64,000 nt of DNA from Eledone cirrhosa (lineage: Eukaryota): NCBI GenBank assembly GCA_964016885.1, contig OZ024757.1:3906001-3970000 (forward strand), in the 5' to 3' direction. Shown piece after piece: positions 27,794 to 41,489 of this stretch. The position numbers were made by a program, and so were the translations under genes. The stretch's first letter is position 1; each line of letters begins with the position of its first letter. The notes under the pieces are model-generated. The model was not told where the DNA came from. It did not search any database and saw only the letters and a program-made list of their open reading frames with translations.

Positions 27794-28160
27794 AGAGGAA
27801 AGGTGTTTCCTCAAAAACCAGTATGACTCTAAAAACCGGTTTGTCTGTGTGTTTACATACAGAATAGCTGGCCACTCACAGTAAAGTGATCAGTGAAAAA
27901 AACTTGGTACATCTACATATGTATACGTGTGTGTATTCATATACATACTAGTATTTCAGTATACATATATGGATGTACATCTTTGACTTAATTGTTTGAG
28001 CGTCAGTCATACAAAAGTGAGTTCGAAACGAAATTTAATTTCGTTTCGTTATTTGTTTTTATCGTCTCCGTTGAACCGGTACTTACTCACACTCTATGCA
28101 AGTTGGTCTGCCCACTACTAATTTTCATAGAAAAAGCATATAGCGATATGTGCTTTTACG

Positions 28161-28256
28161 ATTCTCTAGAGAGGCCGGAAGATAGGTAAATATTGCTGAT
28201 GAGTTGTAACAACAACGAAACTAGTTCAATATTCCTTGTCTGGCTTTCTGGAGAAT
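28161..28256 (+). ncRNA. Hammerhead ribozyme, copy 6
   Basis: Identical to copy 1. Confidence 0.88.
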
Positions 28257-28623
28257 AGAGGAAAGGTGTTTCCTCAAAAACCAGTATGACTCTAAAAACC
28301 GGTTTGTCTGTGTGTTTACATACAGAATAGCTGGCCACTCACAGTAAAGTGATCAGTGAAAAAAACTTGGTACATCTACATATGTATACGTGTGTGTATT
28401 CATATACATACTAGTATTTCAGTATACATATATGGATGTACATCTTTGACTTAATTGTTTGAGCGTCAGTCATACAAAAGTGAGTTCGAAACGAAATTTA
28501 ATTTCGTTTCGTTATTTGTTTTTATCGTCTCCGTTGAACCGGTACTTACTCACACTCTATGCAAGTTGGTCTGCCCACTACTAATTTTCATAGAAAAAGC
28601 ATATAGCGATATGTGCTTTTACG

Positions 28624-28719
28624 ATTCTCTAGAGAGGCCGGAAGATAGGTAAATATTGCTGATGAGTTGTAACAACAACGAAACTAGTTCAATATTCCTT
28701 GTCTGGCTTTCTGGAGAAT
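28624..28719 (+). ncRNA. Hammerhead ribozyme, copy 7
   Basis: Identical to copy 1. Confidence 0.88.
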
Positions 28720-29086
28720 AGAGGAAAGGTGTTTCCTCAAAAACCAGTATGACTCTAAAAACCGGTTTGTCTGTGTGTTTACATACAGAATAGCTGGCCA
28801 CTCACAGTAAAGTGATCAGTGAAAAAAACTTGGTACATCTACATATGTATACGTGTGTGTATTCATATACATACTAGTATTTCAGTATACATATATGGAT
28901 GTACATCTTTGACTTAATTGTTTGAGCGTCAGTCATACAAAAGTGAGTTCGAAACGAAATTTAATTTCGTTTCGTTATTTGTTTTTATCGTCTCCGTTGA
29001 ACCGGTACTTACTCACACTCTATGCAAGTTGGTCTGCCCACTACTAATTTTCATAGAAAAAGCATATAGCGATATGTGCTTTTACG

Positions 29087-29182
29087 ATTCTCTAGAGAGG
29101 CCGGAAGATAGGTAAATATTGCTGATGAGTTGTAACAACAACGAAACTAGTTCAATATTCCTTGTCTGGCTTTCTGGAGAAT
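29087..29182 (+). ncRNA. Hammerhead ribozyme, copy 8
   Basis: Identical to copy 1. Confidence 0.88.
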
Positions 29183-29550
29183 AGAGGAAAGGTGTTTCCT
29201 CAAAAACCAGTATGACTCTAAAAACCGGTTTGTCTGTGTGTTTACATACAGAATAGCTGGCCACTCACAGTAAAGTGATCAGTGAAAAAAAACTTGGTAC
29301 ATCTACATATGTATACGTGTGTGTATTCATATACATACTAGTATTTCAGTATACATATATGGATGTACATCTTTGACTTAATTGTTTGAGCGTCAGTCAT
29401 ACAAAAGTGAGTTCGAAACGAAATTTAATTTCGTTTCGTTATTTGTTTTTATCGTCTCCGTTGAACCGGTACTTACTCACACTCTATGCAAGTTGGTCTG
29501 CCCACTACTAATTTTCATAGAAAAAGCATATAGCGATATGTGCTTTTACG

Positions 29551-29646
29551 ATTCTCTAGAGAGGCCGGAAGATAGGTAAATATTGCTGATGAGTTGTAAC
29601 AACAACGAAACTAGTTCAATATTCCTTGTCTGGCTTTCTGGAGAAT
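29551..29646 (+). ncRNA. Hammerhead ribozyme, copy 9
   Basis: Identical to copy 1. Confidence 0.88.
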
Positions 29647-30569
29647 AGAGGAAAGGTGTTTCCTCAAAAACCAGTATGACTCTAAAAACCGGTTTGTCTG
29701 TGTGTTTACATACAGAATAGCTGGCCACTCACAGTAAAGTGATCAGTGAAAAAAACTTGGTACATCTACATATGTATACGTGTGTGTATTCATATACATA
29801 CTAGTATTTCAGTATACATATATGGATGTACATCTTTGACTTAATTGTTTGAGCGTCAGTCATACAAAAGTGAGTTCGAAACGAAATTTAATTTCGTTTC
29901 GTTATTTGTTTTTATATATATACATATATATATATATTAGAGTTAAATAAGGTTCATATGAATTATCTAAGAATGAGTTATACACACATATCTATATGTG
30001 TGTGTTTGTATTTGTATGTACGTGTTTGTGATATGTATGTATATGTATGTGTATAATTGTATGGCTATGTATGTATGTGTGTGTGTGTATATATATATAT
30101 ATGTGTGTGTGTGTGTATATGTATATGTGTGTGTGTGTGTATGTATTTGTGTATGCGTATGTATGTGTTTATGTATTTGTATATGTATATTTATGTGTGA
30201 GAGTGTGTGTATGTATTTATTTTTACGTATGTGTGTGTATGTGCATTTGTGTGTATTGCTTACCACGTGTGTTTGTTCATTTATTTGTTGCCTGTATCGC
30301 TGTCAATATTATAATAGTCTTTATTTTATTTTTTTTTTATTTTTATATATATTTTTCTTATATTTATTTGTGTGTGTGAGTATGTAGAGGTGTGTGTATA
30401 TATTTCTATTTTTGTGCATGCGTATGTATGCTTGTGTGTATGTATGTGTGTATGTGTGTATGAATGTGTGTATGTATGCGTATGTATGCATGTGTGTATG
30501 TATGTGTGCATGTGTGTATGTATGTGTATGTATGTACGTGTGTATATACGTATGATTGTGTGTATGTAT

Positions 30570-30623
30570 GTATATATGTATATGTATGTGTGTATGGCTA
30601 TGTATGTGTATGTGTATGCATAT

Positions 30624-30694
<71 letters not shown>

Positions 30695-30825
30695 TTGTAT
30701 ATATGTATGTGTATGTATAGATATGTTGATATTTATGTGTGTATGTATGTATGTGTATATGTATGTGTATTTGTATATATATACACATATATATGTGTGT
30801 GTGTGTCTGTATATATGTGTGTGTG

Positions 30826-30896
<71 letters not shown>

Positions 30897-31125
30897 ATGT
30901 ATATAATTGTGTGTGTGTGTGTGTTTGCATGTGTGTTTTTATTTTATTTTCCCTCCCTTCTTCCTTTTCCAGCCTCACTTTCATATAGATTGCATTTTTG
31001 TTTTTAAAATCCAATGTCAATAAATACACCAGGATTTTTTCATTCTGCTGATTGAAAGCAAAATTTTTTGCTTTTAAGAAACCACTGGTAAATGAAATAA
31101 TTGCCTTATGTTGTTTATTACATAA
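30570..31125 (-). repeat. Right arm of the long-range inverted repeat (partner 23598-24125)
   Basis: Reverse complement of the left arm with scattered substitutions. Confidence 0.85.
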
Positions 31126-31190
31126 GTATTAAGCTCTGTTACCTACATAGAGCACTCTTTTTTCCTGGACTTTTCCGATGAAATTACTTC

Positions 31191-31234
<44 letters not shown>

Positions 31235-31295
31235 TTATCCCGGATTCAATCAGGGGTAACCACAGTAAGGTACTCAATACATAGCTGAGTATAAA

Positions 31296-31402
31296 TATTT
31301 AATATAGAAATAGCTTCTACAGGACAAGGACTGTTTCATTCGGGAGTCCTGATGATTTCTCACGAATGAAACATTTCTAGTCCTGTAGAAACCATTCTAT
31401 AT

Positions 31403-31407
<5 letters not shown>
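31296..31407. repeat. Imperfect hairpin with a hammerhead-like core in the loop
   Basis: Arms ...CTACAGGACAAGGACTGTTTCATTCG / CGAATGAAACATTTCTAGTCCTGTAG...; CTGATGA at 31349. Confidence 0.6.
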
Positions 31408-31446
<39 letters not shown>

Positions 31447-31597
31447 AGAAAAAAAAATGTCCATGCCAACACAAGAGGAAGAATGAGGGCTCATTATACT
31501 GACAGGGCTTTAAAAATGAGGCAGTTTACATAATTGCAAATTAATCGAATACCATTATTAATATTTGAAAAACTCAAATTACATTTATTATATATAT

Positions 31598-32368
31598 AGA
31601 TTTAGGCATCCACATGGGAACCAGCCTAAAATTCAGAGAACACCTTGACTCAGTCTGTCTTACTGCAAGAAAGTACAGCGGGTGGATCTTGCGCACCTTC
31701 AAATCAAGAGATACCTCAACAATGAAAACCCTCTGGAACAGTATGGTACTTCCGAGGATTGACTACTGTTCTCAGTTGTGGTCACCAACAACAAAGGGCC
31801 AACTATCTAAGATGGAATCGCTCCAAAGAAATTTTACCTCATACTTCTCAGAAACGAGGGACCTGGACTATTGGCAAAGACTCAAAACCTTGAAGATGTA
31901 CTCAATAGAAAGAAGATTTGAGCGATACCGAATTATATACATTTGGAAAATGATAGAGCAAAAGGCGCCAAACTTTGGTATCAAAACCTACCACTCACTG
32001 CGCCACGGAAGAGGCTGCCAGCTACCACCAATCAACAAAAGGGCTGGCCAGGCAGCAAAAACCTGCGAGAGTCAAGTCTGTTGGTTCGAGAGGCACAACT
32101 ATTCAACTCCATTCCGGTACATGTCAGAAATCTATCAGGATGCAGTGTGGAATCATTCAAATTGCAGCTGGATAGATACTTAAGCACCATTAGAGATGAA
32201 CCCCATCTCCCAGGATATACACAACGAGCACAAACTGACTCAAACTCGCTCCTACACATGTCAAAATTAAACAGAGAATCCAACCTGGCAACCACACCAG
32301 ACTCTGAGGCTGGAGTCTTCGACTTGGCCTGAGCATGGACTCAAACTCAAATGAAATGAAATGAAATG

Positions 32369-32370
<2 letters not shown>
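31598..32370 (+). mobile_element. 5'-truncated CR1/L2-group LINE (ORF2 C-terminus, frameshifted) with a (TGAAA)n tail
   Basis: DLGI..SLKFREH..GWILRTF..LWNSMVLPRIDYCSQLWSP..ESLQRNFT..DYWQRLKTLKMYSIERRFER, continuing in another frame as LFNSIP..FKLQLDRYL; tail at 32351-32370. Confidence 0.85.
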
Positions 32371-32436
<66 letters not shown>

Positions 32437-32451
32437 GCACAAATATATATA

Positions 32452-33280
32452 GTTATGGAAGCTTCTACAAGAGTATGGGGTCGATGGGCAGCTTCTTGTC
32501 CCTTTGATGTCCCTGTATGAATGCCCTAATATTTGTGTTCAGATAAATGGTTCTAGATCGAAACCATTCGATGTGAGCGTCTGACTCCACCAAGGGTGCA
32601 TACTTTCACCTCTCCTGCTCAACATCTTTATGAACAAGATTGACATGCGCAGCAGGGCTGGAAGTGGTATAATGACTGGCGGGTGTAAAATCAGTCGACT
32701 CGAATTTGCAGACGGCATGGTGTTACTTAACTCGACAGAAGGTGATCTCTGACTTGCACTTGATAGGTTTGATGCTGAGTGCTGCATGTCTGGAATTAAA
32801 ATCAGTGTTGCAAAAACGGAGACACTCGTCCTCTCATGGAAGCCTGTGTGGTGCACTCTACATGTGAATGGAGTTCCACTGAAGCAGGTAGAGAAGTTCA
32901 AGTATCTCAGGGTCGTGCTCATGGGTGATGGAATATAGGAGGCTGAATTAAGTGCAAGAATTGCAGGAGCTGGTGCAGTAATGCTTCAGCATTCAGTAAT
33001 CAGAAGAAGGAAGGGAGGTGTAAAAGTTAAACTCGCTACCTGTAATTCGGTTTTCGTACCAACCTTTAACTATGGTTACTTGAGTAAGGTTACTAGATGG
33101 AATGCATAGCTGAGAGATCAGAGTGTTACTCCAGGTAGAGACATCACAGCTCTGATATTATGGACATGTGGTTAGAATGTCTCTGGAAAGAATCGCTGGA
33201 CATATTTTGCGGTAAAACAAAATGGCAGGCGACCCAGTGATAGACCCTTGGGGCTAAACCACAACAACAGCAACAACAGC
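32452..33280 (+). mobile_element. Decayed RTE-type LINE reverse transcriptase remnant
   Basis: Plus-strand translation gives HQGCILSPLLLNIFM..EFADGMVLL..GIKISVAKTE..LKQVEKFKYL with stops; 3' end GGGCTAAAC followed by a (CAA)n-like tail. Confidence 0.75.
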
Positions 33281-33483
33281 AAAAGCAAAAATGATGACAA
33301 CGAACGACACATTTGATAATGTAGTCAAGGATACACTATGTCTGAATAAAAGATAGGATTGTCATGACAGAAACACCTGTAATCATAGATCTAATGGATA
33401 CTAATTGAACTAAACTTAGACAATAAAAACAACACAACACATGAGATAATGTAGATCTAGTCTGGATGACAACATGTCCCACA

Positions 33484-33760
33484 AAACATTAGATAATGTA
33501 GTCCTAGATACACTATACCAGAATGCTCCACTGATGCTCAGGGTGAGACCTAGCCTAGGGCTAAACAACAACACATTAGACAATGTAGTCCTAGATACAC
33601 TATGCCAGAATGATCCACTGATCCTCAGGATGAGACCTGGCCTAGGGCTAACCAACAACACATTAGACAATCTAGTCCCAAATACACTATGCCAGAATGA
33701 TCCACTGATCCTCAGGGTGAGACCTGGCCTAGGGCTAAACAGCAAAAGCAGCAGCAGCAA
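33484..33760 (+). repeat. 87-bp tandem repeat, ~3 copies, each ending in a retroelement-like tail GGGCTAAACAACAAC
   Basis: 29-aa periodicity in ORF 33474..33764; the tail matches the end of the adjacent RTE remnant (~33250). Confidence 0.85.
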
Positions 33761-33889
33761 CTAATTAAGTTGTCATTAATTACATAATCACATATTGACT
33801 AATAATTATTGGATAAAAAAACTGGTTTATTGTGATTTGGTGTGGCTGTGCGTGTGTGTGGCTGTGTGGTTGTGTGTGTGTTAGATTGT

Positions 33890-35848
33890 GTGTTACAGTG
33901 TGTGTTACTCTCTCAACAGTGTGTGTGTGTTACTCTCTCAACAGTGTGTTACTCTCTCTACAGTGTGTGTCACTCTCTCAACAGTGTGTGTTACTCTCTC
34001 AGCAGTGTGTGTGACTCTCTCAACAGTGTGTGTGACTCTCTCAACAGTGTGTGTGACTCTCTCAACAGTGTGTGTTACTCTCTCAGCAGTGTGTGTGACT
34101 CTCTCAACAGTGTGTGTGACTCTCTCAACAGTGTGTGTGTGACTCTCTCAACAGTGTGTGTTACTCTCTCTACAGTGTGTGTGACTCTCTCAACAGTGTG
34201 TGTGTGACTCTCTCAAGAGTGTGTGTGACACTCTCAACAGTGTGTGTTACTCTCTCAACAGTGTGTGTTACTCTCTCAACAGTGTGTGTTACTCTCTCAA
34301 CAGTGTGTGTGTGTGACTCTCTCAAGAGTGTGTGTTACTCTCTCAACAGTGTGTGTGACTCTCTCAACAGTGTGTGTTACTTTCTCAACAGTGTGTGTTA
34401 CTCTCTCAACAGTGTGTGTTACTCTCTCAACAGTGTGTGTGTGACTCTCTCAACAGTGTGTGTTACTCTCTCAACAGTGTGTGTTACTCTCTCAACAGTG
34501 TGTGTGACTCTCTCAACAGTGTGTGTGTGACTCTCTCAACAGTGTGTGTTACTCTCTCAACAGTGTGTGTTACTCTCTCAACAGTGTGTTACTCTCTCAA
34601 CAGTGTGTTACTCTCTCAACAGTGTGTGTTACTCTCTCAACAGTGTGTGTGTGACTCTCTCAACAGTGTGTGTTACTCTCTCAACAGTGTGTGTGACTCT
34701 CTCAACGGTGTGTGTTACTCTCTCAACAGTGTGTGTTACTCTTTCAACAGTGTGTTACTCTCTCTACAGTGTGTGTGACTCTCTCAACCATGTGTGTGTT
34801 ACTCTCTCAACAGTGTGTGTTACTCTCTCAACAGTGTGTGACTCTCTCAACAGTGTGTGTTACTCTCTCAACAGTGTGTGTTACTCTCTCAACAGTGTGT
34901 GACTCTCTCAACAGTGTGTGTTACTCTCTCAACAGTGTGTGTGACTCTCTCAACAGTGTGTGTGACTCTCTCAACAGTGTGTGTTATTCACTCAACAGTG
35001 TGTGTTACTCTCTCAACAGTGTGTGTTACTCTCTCAACAGTGTGTGTTACTCTCTCAACAATGTGTGTTACTCTCTCAACAGTGTGTGACTCTCTCAACA
35101 GTGTGTGTTACTCTCTCAACAGTGTGTGTGACTCTCTCAACAGTGTGTTACTCTCTCAACAGTGTGTGTTACTTTCTCAACAGTGTGTGTGACTCTCTCA
35201 ACAGTGTGTGTGACTCTCTCAACAGTGTGTGTGACTCTCTCAACAGTGTGTTACTCTCTCAACAGTGTGTGTTACTCTCTCAACAGTGTGTGACTCTCTC
35301 AACAGTGTGTGTTATTCACTCAACAGTGTGTGTTACTCTCTCAACAGTGTGTGTTACTCTCTCAACAGTGTGTGTTACTCTCTCAACAGTGTGTGTTACT
35401 CTCTCAACAGTGTGTGACTCTCTCAACAGTGTGTGTTACTCTCTCAACAGTGTGTGTGACTCTCTCAACAGTGTGTTACTCTCTCAACAGTGTGTGTTAC
35501 TTTCTCAACAGTGTGTGTGACTCTCTCAACAGTGTGTGTGACTCTCTCAACAGTGTGTGTGACTCTCTCAACAGTGTGTTACTCTCTCAACAGTGTGTGT
35601 TACTCTCTCAACAGTGTGTGACTCTCTCAACAGTGTGTGTTACTCTCTCAACAGTGTGTGTTACTCTCTCAACAGTGTGTGTTACTCTCTCAACAGTGTG
35701 TGTTACTCTCTCAACAGTGTGTGACTCTCTCAACAGTGTGTGTTACTCTCTCAACAGTGTGTGTGACTCTCTCAACAGTGTGTGTGACTCTCTCAACAGT
35801 GTGTGTTACTCTCTCAACAGTGTGTGTTACTCTCTCAACAGTGTGTGT
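33890..35848. repeat. ~21-bp minisatellite CTCTCTCAACAGTGTGTGT(T/G)A
   Basis: Read directly; 7-aa periodic ORFs (TLSTVCV); unit length varies with TG number. Confidence 0.96.
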
Positions 35849-35899
35849 GGGGAGGAGGAGTTGTGATTGGTCCCGGGACATTTCCGATTCAGTAGATCT

Positions 35900-37400
<1,501 letters not shown>

Positions 37401-37591
37401 TTAATTATGGGTAGATTCCCGATAGGTGTCGGGAGGAGATCACGGTTGAAAAAGGTACTCAATACTTTAGTAGAGTGTAGGCATCTTTATGATTTTATAC
37501 GAATGAAACAGTTTTAGTCCTGTAGAATTTATTTGTATATAAAACAAAATTTAAAATAAATATATATGGGTGTGTGTGTTATTGTGTACGG

Positions 37592-37708
<117 letters not shown>

Positions 37709-37825
37709 TCGCGTCAGATAGAAAGATGTATATAGCGATAGAGAAATAAATAGATAGACAGATATATATATATATATATAGGAACAAGTAAGACCCCGAC
37801 GGCTGAGCTCAAGCCGTTTCGACGG

Positions 37826-38542
37826 TATAGATAGATAGATAGATAGATAGATATGTTTCTTTTATTTGCCACCAGGGCATCAAAAGTGGGACAAGTACAA
37901 AGGGGGGAGTTTACACAAAAAGGCGTCCTCAATAAGGAGGAGGCAATAACAAAGTATAAAAATAAAATAAAATATAACAAAAAATAAAATTAGATAGATA
38001 GATAGATAGATCTATATATATATAGATAGATCTTTCTTTATTTTCCACAAGGGTGCACAAGAAATGGGACATTACAAGATGTTACGGCGGGGATTTTACA
38101 TAAAATCGTGTAAAGAGATAAATAGCTAGCTAGATAGATAGATATATTTCTGCTAGATAAATAGCTAGCTAGCTAGATAGATAGATAAATAGCTAGCTAG
38201 ATAGACAGAGCTAGCTAGCTAGATAGATAGATAAATAGATGAGCTAGATAAATAGATATGTTTCTTTATTAGCCGCAGGGGCACAAAATAAGGGGACAAA
38301 TACAAAGGGGGAAGTTTTCATACAATAAAAACGTGTAAAATACTATCACAAATATAATTAGATAAATAGATAGATAAATAGATAGATAGATAGAAAGATA
38401 GATAGATAGATAAATAGATAGATAGATATATTTCTTTATTAGCCACAAGAGCGCACAAGAAAAGGGGACAATACAAAGACATGCCGGGGATTTTACATAC
38501 AGTCGTGTATCAAATGTAGATAGATAGATAGATAGATAGATA
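37826..38542 (-). mobile_element. Four short LINE 3'-end stubs embedded in a (GATA)n tract
   Basis: TTTCTTTATT(T/A)GCCACAAGGG..GGGACAA..TACAAAG-like segments start at ~37856, 38032, 38261 and 38431; similar to the Tx1 3' end at 43150. Confidence 0.65.
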
Positions 38543-38548
38543 ATTTCA

Positions 38549-39238
<690 letters not shown>

Positions 39239-39371
39239 CTAGGTACAGGTGTTTGGATGTGGGTATATATGTGTGTATATATGTGTGTATATATGTGTCT
39301 ATAGAAGTCTCTGTCTATTTTGGAATGTATATGCGTATGTACGTATGCATGCGTGTGTGTATGTGTGTGTA

Positions 39372-39415
<44 letters not shown>

Positions 39416-39474
39416 TATGTATGTATTTTAGAATGTATGTATCCGTGATAATAATATACAGTATATTTTTATAT

Positions 39475-39511
<37 letters not shown>

Positions 39512-39849
39512 GGGGGTGCTTGTATATCTGTAAGATTGTACGTTGTACGTGTGTACGTGTGTATGTATGATATATATATATGTGTGTGTTTGTGTGTTCT
39601 TTTTCTTATTTGTGGGGCATGTGTGTATGTGTGTATGTGTGTGTATGTATGTGGGTGAGTGTTTTTGTTGTTTGTTTTTGTGTGTGCCGAGATGGTACGG
39701 AGCGTGTGCAAGCGTACCCGCGCCTCTGTGCGCGTGTGTGCGCCTGTATGTGTGTGTGCGCCTGTATGTGTGTGTGTGCGCGCCTCGGTCTGACTGTCTG
39801 TGCGTGTGTTTTCTTCCTCTCTCTCTGCACTTTTGTCTTCTCTTCTTTC

Positions 39850-40390
39850 ACACAAACACACGCTCACTCTCTCTCACACTCTGACTCTCTCTCACACTCT
39901 CTCTCACACTCCCACCTCTCTCACACACTCACCTCTCTCTCATACTCTCTCACACCTCTCTCACACTCTCACTCTCTCCCACCTCCCTCACCTCTCTCAC
40001 ACGCTCACCTCTCTCACACTCTCATCTCTCTCTCACACTCTCACTCTCTCTCACACTCTCACTCTCTCACCTCCTGCTCTCACACTCTCACCTCTCTCTT
40101 TCTCACGTCGTCTTTACACCCTAACAGAGAATGGAAGAGAGAGAAAGAGAGAAGTGATAGGCAGATAAGAGAGAGAAGGGGGATGTGAGGGAGAGGTGAG
40201 AGTATGAAAGAGAGGTGAGAGGGAAAGCGAGAGATTGAGAGAAGAATAGAGAGCAAAGAATCAGAGAAAATGATAGAAGAGTGCAGCAGCAACAGCAGCA
40301 GCAATAACAGCAGCAGCAGTAGTAGCAGCAGCAGCAAACAACAGCAGCAGCAGTAGTAGCAGCAACAACAGCAGCAGCAGCACCAGCAGT

Positions 40391-40422
<32 letters not shown>

Positions 40423-41287
40423 CAGCAGTAGTAGCAGCAACAACAGCAGCAGCAGCAGCAGCGGGAGCAGCAGTAGCAGCAGCAAAATATTTACGACAGT
40501 TATAATACCATGGTGGCATAAGATGTGTAAAAGTTGTGGGGGGAGGAGGACGTTATAGAGGGAGTGACAGTGACTACAGTAGAGCGGGGGATAGGGAGAG
40601 ATAGAGATGGTGAGAGAGAGAGAGAGAGAGAGAAGGAGAGAGAGAGAGAGAGAGGGAGAGAGAGAGAGAAAGTGGGTGTGGAAAAGTGAAAGTGAAAGAA
40701 GAAATATAAACACGCTAGGAGGAGGTGTGCGTGGCGGAAGGTGAGAGGGGTAGTGAGGATTACGGGAAAGATAGAGATGGTGAGGTTCGGGGGGGGGGGG
40801 TCAGGCAGAGGGAAAGTGGGAGAGTGAGAAATGAGAGAGATAGAGAGACATTGTGTGGGGAAGAGTCAGAGAGAGAGACATTGAGAGTGGGAAAGATAGA
40901 TAAAGAGAGAGAGAAAGAGACATTGAGATAAAGAGAAAGAATGTGAGAGAGATAGAGGGAGAGAAAGTAGGAAGAGAGAGACAGAGATATATAGAGAAAG
41001 AGGGAAGAGAGGGAGAGGAGGGAGAGACAGAGATATAGAGAGAAATAGGGAAGAGAGAGAGGGGGGGAGAAAGAGACAGAGATATATAGAGAAAGAGGGA
41101 AGAGAGAGAGAGAGGGGGAAGAGAGACAGATATATATAGAGAAAGAGGGAAGAGAGAGAGAGGGGGAGAGAGACAGAGATATATAGAGAAAGAGGGAAGA
41201 GAGAGAGAGAGAGTGAGAAAGAGAGAAAGGGGGGGAGACAAAGACATATAGAGAAGGAGGGAAGAGAGAGAGAGACGGAGAGGGAGG

Positions 41288-41319
<32 letters not shown>

Positions 41320-41375
41320 AAGCGGGAAGAGAGAGAGAGGGGGGGGGCAGAGATATATAGAGAAAGAGGGAAGAG

Positions 41376-41425
<50 letters not shown>
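39850..41425. repeat. Low-complexity block: (CTCACA)n-like, (CAG/TAG)n at 40283-40484, and (GA)n-rich repeats
   Basis: Read directly. Confidence 0.85.
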
Positions 41426-41427
<2 letters not shown>

Positions 41428-41489
41428 ATGAGATTTCAGGAGGAATACAACAGCAAAATTTAAAGCTAAACAGAAATAGATTTGATGGC

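Larger units (their letters stand above)
25790..29915 (+). mobile_element. Tandem array of ~8.9 x 463-bp hammerhead-containing units (retrozyme / Penelope pseudo-LTR-like)
   Basis: Period 463-464 bp (the ORF track repeats with the same spacing). The only differences seen are A-run length and two substitutions (~27224, ~27678). One hammerhead per unit; flanked by (TA)n. Confidence 0.9.

Noticed and set aside
25840-29728. Repeated 60-aa and 65-aa ORFs in the 463-bp array
   Set aside because: Non-ATG starts and no recognisable domain; their identity simply reflects DNA repeat identity.
25790-29915. CRISPR array or 5S/tRNA/snRNA gene cluster
   Set aside because: No unique spacers, eukaryotic context, and no recognisable 5S, tRNA or snRNA sequence in the unit.
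33525-33560. CTGATG in the 87-bp repeat as a hammerhead
   Set aside because: Lacks the CTGANGA and GAAA core and the required stems.
40080-40713. Poly-Ala/Leu/Gln ORFs over the (CAG)n tract as an upstream mGluR exon
   Set aside because: Low complexity with no supported splice sites; the mGluR exon already has its own ATG and signal-like segment.
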